Below are positions 1-12,697 of a DNA stretch of 64,000 nt, piece after piece (position 1 is the stretch's first letter; every line of letters begins with the position of its first letter). A program made the translations under genes and the position numbers. A model generated the notes under the pieces. The model had not been told where the DNA came from and did not search any database. It saw only the letters and a program-made list of their open reading frames with translations. Source of the stretch: Mobula hypostoma (lineage: Eukaryota); the NCBI RefSeq assembly GCF_963921235.1, contig NC_086097.1:91142001-91206000 (forward strand), written 5' to 3'.

Positions 1-720
1 ATTGTGTATCTTTGGATATTAAGCTCCCAACTAGAATCATCTTTCAGCCATGACTATGTGATACCCACAATGTCATACTTGCCATTCTTAGTTGTGCTAC
101 AAGATCATCTACCTTATTCTGCATACTGCATGTAATAAACTATAACACCTTCCGTCCTGTATTTGTCACCCTTTACAATTTGGTCCACCTTTTCCACTGC
201 ATCCTATTCCTCCCACTGCAATTTTTCCCTATCATCTGCCCATCCCTCCTGACAGCCTCACTATACACTACCTCTGCTAGTAAACCCACATCCTTATCCT
301 CAGCCCTATCACACTGGTCCCCACCTCCCTGCCAAATTAGTTAAACCCTCCCTAACCAGCCTACAAGGATATTGGTCCCCCCTGGGTTCAGATGTAACCC
401 ATCACTTTTGTACAGGGTGTACTTACCCCAGAAGAGATCTAAATGATCCATAAATCTGCCCCCTGCACCAGTTCCTCAGCCACGCATTCACCTGTCAAAT
501 CATCCTATTCTTGCCCTCACTGGCATGTGAATAAGCAGCAATCCAGAGATTACTACCCTGGAGGTCCTGCCTTTTAGCTTTCCAACCTGGCTCTCGAAAT
601 TTTCTCTTTAGGACCTCCTCCCTTTTCCTCCCTATGTACCAGGACATCTGGTTGCTCATCCTCCCGCTTTACTATGTCGTGGATATGTTCGAGTCTTCCC
701 ACACCTTGGCACAAGTTCTT
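1..720 (-). mobile_element. CR1 LINE 5' part: degenerate ORF1 (SGNH/esterase-like) and start of ORF2 endonuclease
   Basis: Minus-strand translation gives GKYDIVGIT*SWLKDDSSWELNIQ (APE endonuclease start), plus VVISGLL and KSDGLHLNPGGTNIL (CR1 ORF1 esterase motifs); stops and frameshifts present. Confidence 0.8.
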
Positions 721-1814
721 GGACAAGTTGTTTCTGGTCAGGCCCTGTAGATTTGTTTAACTTCATACATTTTAAGACATCTAGTACTTATTCTATAGTT
801 AAGCAGACTACCCTTAAAATATCCCCATTAAATTTCCTTCATTCCCAAGTCTTCATGCTTTTCTCCCATCTCCAGCTGCTCTACACAAAGGTGTCCGTTT
901 GGTCTCTTAGGGGCCCTATTCTTGCTCCAGATACCGTTTTTCCTAAATATGCTTAATCTTCTCTGACAAATTCAGCTTATGCCCCTTTTTGCCCCCCCCC
1001 CATTTTCTTTTAGTGTATACACCTGTTTCTCTATAAATTTTTCACTGTATTTCTTGATGTTGCAGCTGCAGCTAAGTTTTTATAAATATATCACTGGTTG
1101 AACGTGTTTCAGATATCAAAGTTGAAAGGAATTATATAAATCCAAGTTATCTTGGATCAATAGGTGTTAAATAGGTGATATGGGAAGGGTCGTACCTAAA
1201 TAGCATTTGGTCATGCAAGTCTACTGTTAATCCAACCTTCTATCGGATAAAATTTAATCTTTCAATTCAGCTACTTATATTTTAGGCAGGTCTTTCATAA
1301 ATGTACAATTAATATTTATGCAATTTATGAGTCTGTACATGAAAACTTTACAGCTGAAGCTTATCCACCATTGAAAATAGACGAGTAAAGGTGGAGGAAA
1401 AACATCAAGGGTATTCACCATCAACAAAATTATCTAAATTCCTCTGTTTCTGAATTCATGTCACAATGAATATTAAGAAAATAATATTTAGGTAGAGTTC
1501 TGAATATCAACATCTAATCTTAATGCCAGCAGCCAGTAACAAATGAAGCTATCTGTCACCTTTTAAAATTAATTTAATCCAACTGTGTCAATGATTAATG
1601 ATAGAGATGTAGATATGCTGATTTTACTTTGAGGGTTGTGGTATTTAATCTATGCATTACTGGCTTTCCAATCAGAATTACATACAATTTACATTATAGG
1701 CATAAATATTTAGTCCAACAGTTCTAAGCTGCACATAATATTTTCCTTTATCATCTAACTGTATCACCATATCCTTCTTCTCTTTATCATCCATCTATTA
1801 ATCTTGGGGTAGGC

Positions 1815-2060
1815 TCAAGGGTGATGTGAGGGGTAAGTTTTTTACTCAGAGGGTCGTGGATGCCTCAACTGCGCTGCCTGGTATGGTGGTAAAGGCAAAT
1901 ACATTAGAGCGTTTAAACAGACATTTGGATAGACACATGGATATAAGGAAGATGGAGGGATATGGGCATGGTGTAGGTTGGAGGGATTAGTGTTTGGGTG
2001 TTTTTGATTTGCTAGCTGGTTTGGCACAACATTGTGGGTTGAATGGTCTGGTTCTAGCTC
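1815..2060 (+). mobile_element. CR1 LINE 3' end fragment
   Basis: FFTQRVVDA..LPG.VV.A..L..FKQ ORF2 C-terminus followed by 3' UTR similar to other CR1 ends in the window. Confidence 0.7.
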
Positions 2061-2333
2061 CTAATCTAATTCTCTTTGTCTGAATGTAGTAAAATTAAAT
2101 TACATCTTGCAGACTGCTGAGAGCATGATTGTGATGAAGTAAGTACTTCTGCTGTGTCCCAATCATGACTCTCCTAGTCAATTAAAATTAGGTTGCATCT
2201 TTTGAGAAGCATGTTACACATCAGCACACAAAGATCAGAATGGCTTTTTCCACTAGTTTTTCCCTCCTCCACACAGCAATTCCTCCCTCAACAACGTTAT
2301 GCACAGGGGAAGAAATTACAATAGGAGATTGAA

Positions 2334-3004
2334 CGGAGGGGAGGGGAGGAGAAGATGGTGGCGCAACGCATGTTCCGAAATGATATCGTATTTGTTAAGT
2401 AGGGGCCGTGCACAATCCTGATTTGAAGGAGACAGACGCGAGAAGCACGGAGGAACATCTGGAGAAACTTCTGAAATGCCTGCTTCGCTGCCGCTGCTAC
2501 TGTGCGATCGAGAATCTCCGGAGACAAAGGCCCCAAATCCTCGGCTTTGCCTATTGCCTGTTGCTGGGGCTGGGGTCGAAGCGCTCGGCAGAGATGGTGC
2601 TCGGTGCCAGAGGGCTGGTCGGAGGCTCGAAGTTTTCAGAAGGACTCAAGAGTTGGTTGTGGTCGGGTGCTTCCAGGGTGCTGCATAGGCAAGTTTGCAG
2701 CTCTGGAGGTTCATGGTAGGGAGAGTTTCTTCCTTCTACCATCTGCGTGAGACAATGGGACTTGCGACAGACTTTGAGACTTTTATTTTTACTGTGCCCA
2801 TGGTCTGTGCTTTATCAAATTACGGTATTGCTTTGCACTGTTGTAACTATATGTTATAATTATGTGGTTTTTGTCAGTTTTTTCAGTCTTGTTTTGTCTT
2901 GTGTTTCTGTGATATCATTCTGGAGGAACATTGTATCACTTCTTAATGCATGCATTACTAAATGACAGTAAAAGAGGACAGTGTGTCCTCATAATCTAAT
3001 CTAA
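2334..3004 (+). mobile_element. Non-coding retroposon (AAGATGG 5' motif, (aatct)n tail) inserted in a CR1
   Basis: GC-rich body starting near aagatggtggcg (2352); tail cataatctaatctaa; its 3' part recurs at ~10200-10397; CR1 sequence resumes on both sides. Confidence 0.6.
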
Positions 3005-5370
3005 AAGATATCTAAAAAGGGGAAATGAGACAGTGGGGTCAGGAGGGATTTTAATATGTAGGGTGATGTGGATTGGGAAAATCAGGTTGGTGCCAGATCC
3101 CATGAGTAGAAGTTTGTACATTACCAGTGAGACAGCTTTGTACAGAAGTTTGTGGTCAAGCCCACTAGAGGAAAGACAATTCTAGATCAGGTGTTGTGTA
3201 ATGAATCAGATTTGATTAGGCACCTTAACATAAAGGAATCCTTAGGAGGCAGTAACCATAATATGATAGAATTCACCCTGCATTTTGAGGGAGAAGCAAA
3301 AATTGGACATATCAGATGAGAGAGAGGAGCTACCCAGAGTTGATTAGAAGGGGACATGAGCGGGGATAAAGGCACAGCAGCAGTATCTGAAGTTTCTGGG
3401 AGTAATTCGGAAAACATGGCATCAGTTCATCCTGAAGAAGAAGCATTCTAAAGAGAGGATGAGACAAGCGTAGCTGACAAGGCAAGTCAAAGACAAAATA
3501 AAAGTAGAAGTAAGGGCAAAGAAAAAAGCAAACATTAATGAGGAGCTGGAGAATTGGGAAGCTTTTAAGAACCAACAGAAGGCAATAATATAAAAGATAC
3601 TAAAATTTTTTTTAAGATATATAAAGAGTAAGAGAGACAAGAGTGGACATTGGACATCTGGAAAATGACACTGAAGAGGTAGTAAAGAGGAACAAACCAA
3701 TGTTTCATAAACTAAATAAGTATTTTGCACTGTGGAAGACACCAGCAGCCTGCCAGAAATGTCAGGGAGAAGAAGCAAGTATATTAATAAGTAGAAGGTG
3801 TTGAAAGCTCTGAAGGTAGGCAAGTCACCGGGACCAGATGTACTATGCTCCCAGAGTTCTGAAAGAGGTAACGAAGAGATTGTGGAGACATTAGTAATGA
3901 TCTTTCAAGAATCACTAGGTTCTGGAATGGTTCTGGAGGACTGGAAAATTTCTAAATACCACTACATTCTTTAAGATGGACAGGAGGCAAAAAACTGGAA
4001 ATTATAAGCTGGCTAGCCAGAATTCAGTAGTTGGCGAGATGAAAGGGATGAGGTTTCTAGGTACTTGGAGGCACAGGATAAAATAAGCCAAAGCCAGCAT
4101 GGTTTTCTTAAGGGAAAATCCTGCCTGGCAAGTCTGTTGGAATTCTTTAGGGAAGTAACAGGCAGGATAGACAAAAAAGAGTTAATAGATGTTCTTTACC
4201 TGGATTTTCAGAAGATCTTTGACAAGATACCACACACGAGGCAATTAAACAAGGTGAGCTCATGGCATTTCAGGAAAGATACTAACATGGACAGAAGATT
4301 GGAAGAAGGCAAAGAGTGTAAATAAAAGGGCTTTTACTAGTTGGCTGCAATTGACCAGTGATCTCTGCAGCATTTGGTGGTGGGCCAACTACTTTTCAAT
4401 TTAATGTTAACGATCTGGATAATGGAATTGATGGTTTTTGGAAAAGGTTGCCGATGATACAAAGAGGGCTGGAGGGACAGGTAGTGTTGAGGAAACAGAG
4501 TCCGCAGATGGACTTGATCAGATGAGAAGGAGGACAAAGAAGTTGCAGATGGAATACAGTGTAGGGAAGTATGTGGTCACGCACCTTGGTAGAAAACTAA
4601 AAGCATAGACCATTTTCTACATGGGGAGCAAATTCAGAATTTGGAGGTACAAAAAGACTTGGGATTTCTCGTGCAGGATTTCCTAAAGATTTACTAGCAA
4701 GTTGAGTTGGTAGTAAGAAATACAAATGTAATATTAGCATTCATTTTGAGAGGACTAGAATATAAGAGTAAGGACGTCATGCTGACACTTTATAAAGCAT
4801 TGGTCAGACCACATGTGGAGTAATGTCAAAGGTTTTGGGCCCCATATCTAAGAAAGGACATGCTGGCATTGGAAAAGGTGCAGAGGGCATTTATGAGAAT
4901 GACCCCAGGTATGAAAAGATTAACACTGAGGAGTGTTTGATGACTCTGGACCTGTACATTTTGGAATTTAGAAGAATGAGGGGAGATTTTGTTGAAGCAT
5001 ACCAAATACTGAAAGGCCAAGGTAGAGTGTATATGGAGAGGATGTTTCCATTAGTGGGAGAGTCTAGGAAGAGAGGACATAGCCTCAGTATAGAAGGGCA
5101 TCCCATTACAACAGAGATAAGGAGGAATTTCTTTATCCAGAGGGTGATGAATCTGTGTAATTCATTGCCACAGATGGCTACGGAGGCCAAGTCATTGGAT
5201 ATATTTAAAGTAGAGGTTGATAGGTTCTTGATTAGTAAGGGTGTCAAAGTTTATGGGGAGAAAGCAGAAAAATGGGTTTGAGACTGAAAATACATCAGCC
5301 ATGATCAAATGGAGGAGCAGACTTGATGGGCCGACTGGCCTAATTCTTCTTCATCTATGGCCTTATGTTC
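3005..5370 (+). mobile_element. Degenerate CR1 LINE ORF2 (endonuclease C-term, RT, 3' end); short upstream piece at ~2300-2333
   Basis: ORFs 4065-4325 (SQHGFLKGKSCL...YLDFQKIFDK) and 4823-5281 (LEFRRMRGD...RRNFFIQRVMNLCNSLP); tail ctatggccttatg. Confidence 0.9.
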
Positions 5371-6067
5371 TAAAACTATCAGAGGCAAACAATTACTTCG
5401 TGTTTTTTTTTGCAAAACTACCAATAAGTTTAAGAAATATCTAGATAAGCAGTTACTTCATCTAGATATTAAGGTATGGGTCAAGTGCTGGAAGTTTGGA
5501 TTAATACTGATGTGCGTGCTGACCAGTGTGAACAATGGCCTGTTTTAAAGCTATCCAACTCAACTCTATGACTTCAAGTTTATTCACCGAAGTCAGAGAT
5601 AAACGATACTTCCACAAAGCTTTGCCTAATGACTGCAAGCTGTACATGAACTGTCTTTATATTTAATAAATAGCTTATGCCTCCTGTGCTGGGAAACCTC
5701 TGATACTTGCAACTTGACAGGGTTTATCTAACAACCCTTACGGCGTGTGAACACAGAAAGATAATGATAAACATACAGGTGGTCAGTCAAGGTTTCAAGT
5801 CTAATTTAAAACACCAGAAGATATTTACAAGTCATTACAAATCAAGTAAGCCTGCCTTACATTACACCTGTCTTTCATCCAATGACATCTGGCCTGTTAT
5901 TCTGATCACACCAGCAATATTGAGCACAATGATTATCCATAGAGTTGTCTTCATTTCCAGCATATATTTGGTTCCAAAGCTTTTGTGAACACATAAACTA
6001 CCAATTTTACTAAAACTCTATTCTAATTAATATTATTAATAACTATGGTTGTGTAGATGTAGAAGTT

Positions 6068-6400
6068 AAAAGTTCAAAGTAAATTTATTATCGAAGTACA
6101 TATATGTCACCAAGTACTACCCTAAGATTCATTTCCTTGCAGACATTCACTGTATAATAAAGAAATACAAAGAATCAATTAAAATCTAAAATTTCAAAGA
6201 CTGAGGAGCAACCAATGTGTAAAAAATGTAAATAGCAGATACAAAGAAAACAAATAATAATAATAAATAACTAAAACAATAGAGAACATGAATTGTAGAG
6301 TCCTTGAAAATGAATCCATAGACTGTGTTCAGTAATAAGTTCAATATTGTGGTGAGTGAAGTTGTCTACATTGGTACAGGAGCCTGATGGTTGAAGGGTC
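6068..6400 (-). mobile_element. Rex1/Babar-type LINE 3' end
   Basis: Reverse strand PSTIRLL ORF end near 6380-6400 and aataaatttactttgaact tail shared with other Rex1 ends. Confidence 0.65.
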
Positions 6401-7179
6401 TCATTTATTATCTTTATCTCCAATCTTATGGTGAGTTTTGCAGATTTAACTGGAAGAGAAAATTCAAAGGAAAATAATCAAGGGAAACACATACTGGCCA
6501 TATTTTCAGGATTAATGAAGCATATTCATTATTAACTTAAAAGAAATTGAAGCCACAGCAGAGATGCAAAGCAACTCTAGCAACATTGGTGATAGACAAG
6601 AGATGTCAAAAACTCAGAATCATGGAGTGTTACAGCATGAGAAAAGGCCCTACAGCTGTACAAACCAGTCATTGCCCATTTACAATAATCCCATTTTCTT
6701 TTATTTCCCCCAATTCCTCAACAAATCCTATATATTCTTTCCTTACCCACACACATGTGGCAGTTTACAGTAGCCAGTTAACTTACCACAATAAGTGACA
6801 TATTTTCACAGCAGCTAATGGTTGCCAAGCTACTCCAGATACTCTTCGGTATGCAGAGTATATCTGACAATGATAGATGCATAGGAAGAAATTGGAACAG
6901 AGTTGATCATCCACTCTCTCAAATCTTTTTTTGTTATTTAATTGTCATTCCTGATCTGTACCTCAATGTCATTAGCACCATATACCTCATCCAGCAATAA
7001 TCAATCTCAATCTTGGAAATTCCATGTAAAACTCGGCACTGGCACTGTCCTAGTGAAGTGCTTTGATACTTCTATTCAAACAAATAACTCTTGAACTCAC
7101 TTCTGAGGAAATAAACTCCAACATCCGTCCCTTGTTCAAGCACAAATAAGGAATAGTAATTATCATTCAACGTACCATA

Positions 7180-7398
7180 GTTGTTGCTGTTGCTCCTTTC
7201 CACACCTTGTGGTGCATCGAGCAGGAACCTTGCCATTTCCTTAGCAATTTTGTCTGCTTTTTAAAAAAATAAACGGGGCTGAGGTGCGAGCTCGACACTC
7301 AACTCAGCACGGATGGAAAGCGTGCAAGGATCCGGCTGGATTCCAACCCGGGACCACTCACCTCAAAGTCCGGTGTGGATGCCACTACACCACCGGCC
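7180..7398 (-). mobile_element. tRNA-derived SINE
   Basis: Minus-strand head ggccggtggtgtagtggc (A box) ... gggttggaatcc (B-box-like); (caa)n-type tail. Confidence 0.7.
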
Positions 7399-7918
7399 AG
7401 CTTAATCTGCTACATTCACTGGATTGCAATCTAACCTGATGCTGTTGCACCTCGCGGTATGAAACATAGTACAGTCTAATGTCTGACTGTAGTAGCAGAC
7501 CAACCCGAAGCTGTAGCATTTATTAAAACACATTATTTGAGGCATCCATACAGCGGGCTAACTTATAGGAAAGAGGAACCAAAAATGCAGGTTATTGGAG
7601 TAAACACCTTAGTCAAATATTCATTAAATGCAATTTCCTCCACTAAATGAGGTTCCAATTTAGATGAGTATTTGCTTTCCCTCCAATCATTGTGTAGAGT
7701 GTCATTATTTGAGATTGGCTTGTGTTGTCACATCTGTGGTCAGATGCAGAACATGAGCAGGAAGATGGAAATTAACTAATCTATCACTACAGAGCTCAAT
7801 GACAAAATTAATCCTAACATTTAATTGTGAAAGTTAGAAATGTCCAAATGTTTAATGTGTGATTAGTTGATTTTAGAGAGGGATTGGAGAAGCAGAGATA
7901 GGGTATATGGGTCACTGA

Positions 7919-9124
7919 CAAGAGAAAAATCTGCAGATGCTGGAAATCAGAGAAACACACACAAAATGCTGGAAGAGCTCAACAGGCCAGGCAGCATCTA
8001 TGGAAAAGAGTACAGTTGACATTTTGGTCAAGACTCTTTGGCAAGACTGAAGAAAAAAAGATGAGGAGTAGTTTTAAAAGGTGGGGAAGGGAGAGAAACA
8101 CAAGGTAATAGGTGAAACTGGGAGGGGAACGGATGAAGTAAAGAACTGGGAAGTTGATCGGTGAAAGAGATACAGGGCTGAAGGGGGTAGTCTGATAGGA
8201 GAGAACAGAAGGCCATGGAAGAAAGAAAAGGGGGAGGAGCACCAGAGGGAGGTTATGGACAGGCAAGGAGATAAGGTGAGAAAGGGAAAATGGGATGGGG
8301 AATGGTGAAGGTGGGGGGGCATTACCGGAAGTTCGAGAAATCTATGTTCATGCCATCAGCTTTGAGGCTACCCAGACAGATTATAAAATATTCCTCCAAC
8401 CTAAGTGCGGCCTTATCACGACAGTGGAGGAGACCATGGATTGACATATCAGAATGGGAATGGGAAGTGGAATTAAAATTGGTGGCCACTGGGAGATACC
8501 CACTAATTCTGGCAGATGGAGCGTAGGTGCTCAGCGAAGTGGTCTCCCAATCTACGTTGGGTCTCACCGATATACAGGAAGCCACACCAGGAGCACCAGG
8601 CACAGTACATGACCCCAACAGACTCACAGGTGAAGTGTCACCGCACCTGGAAGGACTGTTTGGGGTCCTGAATGGTAGTGAGGGAGGAGGTGTAGGGGCA
8701 GGTGTGATTCTCCGGAAATTCCACCATCTCCAACAAGATCCTTCCTACCCCAAACCCCCCTACTTACTGCTTTCTGCAGGGTTCACTCCTACATGATGCC
8801 CTTGTCCACTCATCCCTCCCTACTGATTTCCCTCCCGGCACTTATTCCTTGCAAGCTGAACAAGTGCTACACCTGCCCCTATTGGACACCCACTCCAGCC
8901 CTGTATCTTTTTCACCAATCAACTTCCCAGCTTTTCACGTCATCCCTCTCCCTCCTGGTTTCACCTATCACCTTGAGTTTCTGTATCCCTCCCCCACCTT
9001 TTAAATCTACTCCTCATCTTTTATGCACCAGTCCAGCTGAAGGGTCTCGGCCCAAATCATCGACTGCGCTTTTTTCCATAGATGCCTCCTGGCCTGCTGA
9101 GTTCCTTCAGCATTTTGTGTGTGT
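7919..9124. mobile_element. Penelope-like element, inverted (tail-out) arrangement, degenerate GIY-YIG
   Basis: ORF 8322-8627 (PVATNFNSTSHSHSDMSIHGL...EEYFIICLGSL); inverted terminal repeats; exact 15-bp TSD tatatgggtcactga at 7904-7918 and 9125-9139. Confidence 0.88.
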
Positions 9125-9559
9125 TATATGGGTCACTGAGAGGCTAAGAGAGACAGAAGTATTGTTGATGATTGTCTTCTTAACCACCTAACACTTTTAT
9201 ATATTAATATATTGAATCTGCTCTCATACAGCTAGAGAATCCCAAGGTAGCTTTCAGAACGAAGACCAAGGAGATAAGTTCAAAAGACTTTACCTTCCAG
9301 TAATCCATTGATAATAGTCTTAAAAGTGAAATCAGAGGCCTTAACGCCTCATTAATTAGATCTGTTCCTGATTATGGCTGAGTGGCTTATGAATCAGCTT
9401 CATCTTCAACTTTAAAATATTTGGATAAAATACAAGCACAGACTTTAACATTGTGTTGTGATGCAGTAACATCAACCCCTGTTTTGGCTTTACTGGTTGA
9501 AATGGGACAATTACCCTTACAGTTGTGGTGGTTGAAGTTGCTGTTAACATACTAGATTA

Positions 9560-10130
9560 ACTTGAGGGGATAAAGAAAGGATCATCCTGTTAAGGTGTTC
9601 TGGAGGACTGTTAGGAACATCACAAGAAGAGTGGTTTTAGTTTTGGGTGGCTGGGTTCTTATCACACTGGGAATATGGGTTTGTTGGATTATGCACTGTG
9701 CCCCACTGTATCTTGGTAACCCCACCTTTTTTCCTAATGACTTCAGTTGATTTCAGGTTACATGATTTCATAAAGTCTAAGGACTCTGTTATGCCTGAGC
9801 GTCTGTTGGTTTAGCAAATATGTTAAGGAAAACTATTCTGATATGTTATCCATTTTTACAGATGGATCAAAATATAATTTTACTGGGAATGTTGGTGTGG
9901 CTGTTTTTGTCTGAATTACACTAAGGAATAAAGACACACCTTAATAATCATTTATCAGTATATACAACAGAATTGGTGGCTATCAATTTAGGCTTACAGT
10001 GGGTGGAAGAAATTTGACCTTGCGAAGTTGTAACTTGTTCAGATTCCTTCTTGGTCTTGATGAGTCTTAAAACAGGCCAAACAACAATAGGTCAGGTTTA
10101 CTGTGGAAGCTCGTCAAACATTATTTCATA
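9560..10130 (+). mobile_element. I/Nimb-clade LINE RNase H fragment
   Basis: IFTDGSK (9852-9872), LSVYTTELVAINLGLQWVE and CSDSFLVLMSL RNase H motifs with frameshifts. Confidence 0.75.
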
Positions 10131-10199
10131 GCATAAAAACATACAGTTACAAAACAAAAAAAATCAAAAATAAAACTAAGTTTAGTTTTGGTTTAGACA

Positions 10200-10397
10200 C
10201 CAAATTACCGTGCCATAGTCTGTTCTTATCGAATTACGGGTAACCATATGTTATAATTATGTGGTTTTTCTTAGTTTCTAAGTCAGTTTGTCATGTGTTT
10301 TCATGATATCATTCTGGAAAAACATTGTATCATTTCTTAATGCATGCATTGCTAAATGACAATAAAAGAGGACTGCTGTCCTCATAATCTAATCTAA
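10200..10397 (+). mobile_element. 3' part of the non-coding retroposon family seen at 2334-3004
   Basis: Near-identical aacattgtatca...aatgcatgcatt...aaaagaggac...cataatctaatctaa. Confidence 0.75.
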
Positions 10398-10669
10398 AAA
10401 AAAGTGAGCTGCGAATTCCCTGTTAGTATCATCCGATTCCCTTAAAAACTCAGATATATAATTTGTTTTCTTTTTACAGATTTCCACAGATTGTATGTTT
10501 TGCAAATAGCGTTTAGCATTCAACCTAACCTTCCCATCAAGCTGTAGTTTCTTTCACATTGATGATGGTAAGGAAGGTGCTTGGCAAATGGAAGTTGCAA
10601 GTTAATTTACTGGCTAGATGGAACTGGTTTACCAGGCAATTGTGATCAGTTAGGGCTGACTTCGGTCTT

Positions 10670-11240
10670 CTGTCAGAGTACATATATGTCACCACGTATA
10701 ACCCTGAGCTTTTTCCGTAAGCATACTTAGCAAATCTATAGAACTGTAACTGTAAACAGCATCTGCTACGATAAGTATCAGGAACCGTAAACAAATGAAT
10801 ACTAAAAAAAAAGCATTAAATAATTAGCATGAAATAACAAGATAAAAGGAGTCCTCAAATATGTGTTATCACCGTTTGTTCAAGAGCCTGATGGTTGAAG
10901 GGTAGTAACTGTTCTTGAACCTGATGGTGTGAGTCCTGAGGCACCTGTACCTTCTACCCGACGGCAGCAGTGAGAAAAGAGCATGGCCTGGGTAGTGAGG
11001 ATATTTCATGATGGATGCTGCTTTTCTAAGGCAACGTTTCATGTAGATGTGCTCAATGGTTGGGTGGGTTTTACCAGTAATGTACTGGGCCGAATCCACT
11101 ACCCTTTGTAGCAATTTCTACTCAAAGGATTTGGTGTTCCTATACCAGGCCATAATGCAGCCAATCAACACACTTTCCACCACATGTCTACAGAAGTTTG
11201 CCAAGGTTTTTGATGACATGCCGAATCTCCATAGAGGAAG
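10670..11240 (-). mobile_element. Rex1/Babar LINE 3' fragment
   Basis: ORF 10869-11114 LQRVVDSAQYITG...HPGHALFSLLPSGRRYR-like...FKNSYYPSTIRLLN. Confidence 0.88.
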
Positions 11241-11361
11241 TAGAGGCCTCACGATATCTACAGAGGCCACAGTAGACAGCCAGGAATCTAGTTACAAATG
11301 GCAGCAGCACTGTTGATATGTATGAATGTAATACAACAGTATGGAAAGCTTTGATTAGGAA

Positions 11362-12073
11362 TGTTGTGTATTTAATATTTCAATAATATTTGAGTAATCT
11401 TGCATATATATTGTTTAATTAAGCATTCTTGTTTGTTTAAATAATTAATTATGAGTTCTATGTACGAGAGGTAACTGATACGTTTGTGGCCTAAGGTAGA
11501 AGGAGTCAATTTTAGAAAACCTAACACATTTATTTTTCAACCTAGTCCCTTCCTACATGTACATACTTAATCCAGTGGTCGTGGAGCATACGGATCCCAT
11601 CTTTGTAGAAGTGGTCCACAGCAGGGGTGATTGATAAGTTCGTGGTACAACTCTCGTTACGTGCATGTGCAGTTCAACTCTTTGAGTGATTATGCAGAAA
11701 GGTTGAAGTTAATAATTCATCGTCTCTACTTTAGGCTACGAACTTATCAATCACCCCTGCTGTGGACCACTTCCTAGGGGTCCAAGATGCCGACTTCTAC
11801 AAAGAAGGGATCCATATGCTCCACGACGGCTGGACTAAGTGTGTAAATGTAGGAAAAATAGATGTGCTAGATTTTCTAAAATTGACTCCTTCTACCTTAG
11901 GCCATGAACGTATCAATCACCCCTCATATAAATCTGTGAATTGCATACTTCATCACGCTACTAAGTGATACCTGCCCGCCTCACTTAAAGTAAACACAAA
12001 GTTAAACCAGTATTTCAGACTCCCATGTCCTCCTTTGAATTAGTTCAATGTTTTGAAGTTACAAAGCATAACA
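11362..12073 (+). mobile_element. Solo LTR of the same family as the RBM25-carrying element, split by a mariner MITE
   Basis: tgttgtgtatttaatatt...tgttttgaagttacaaagcataaca is the reverse complement of LTR 60530-60776; TG...CA ends; no clear TSD. Confidence 0.8.
11465..11926. mobile_element. Mariner-derived foldback MITE
   Basis: TA target duplication (11463-64, 11927-28); long inverted arms; ORF 11762 reads FYKEGIHMLHDGWTKCVNVG, like a mariner transposase C-terminus. Confidence 0.85.
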
Positions 12074-12399
12074 CTGCCCAACCTGGATTCTCTTCTCCAT
12101 CCCATTCCCTCCCCACTCCGCACTGGGTAGAAAATATAAATTGACCTGCACCTCAACCATAGACCTGCATTTTTGAACTCTTGAGTCTTTTTTAAAAATT
12201 AATTTTCATGTTTTGAATAATTTAAAGAATAAAAAACCATTGAACAGCTTATTTTTATATTTTTTATTGTTTCCATGGAGTATGAAACCCAGAATTATGA
12301 TTATTTGGTGAAATTCAGTGGCATGATGGGAAAACATACTGTTTTGGCTTGAAGAATTAAATAAATTCAGCTTTATTTGTCACATCTACATCAAAACCA

Positions 12400-12582
12400 T
12401 TCAAGTGGTGGAGGCGGATATGATAGTGTCTTTCAGGAGACTTTTGGATAGGTACATGGAGCTTAGTAAAATAGAGGGCTATAGGTAAGCCTGGTAATTT
12501 CTAAGGTAGGGACATGTTCTACACAACTTCGTGGGCCGAAGGGCCTGTATTGTGCTGTAGGTTTTCTATGTTTCTATGTTTC
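12400..12582 (+). mobile_element. CR1 3' end
   Basis: gggccgaagggcctgt 3' hairpin and (ttctatgt)n tail. Confidence 0.75.
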
Positions 12583-12697
12583 AAAACATATAGTGAAATG
12601 TGTTAAATCAGGTCAGCGAGGTTTCTGCTGGGCAGCCTGAGAGAATTCAAAGTTCAAAGTAAATTTATTATTGAAGTACTTATATGTCACCATATAC

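Noticed and set aside
2408..2750. Overlapping GC-rich ORFs as a host gene or CpG-island exon
   Set aside because: They lie inside a repeated retroposon; no recognisable protein
7330..7398. tRNA gene
   Set aside because: A/B boxes are followed by a SINE body and tail, and the B box is mutated
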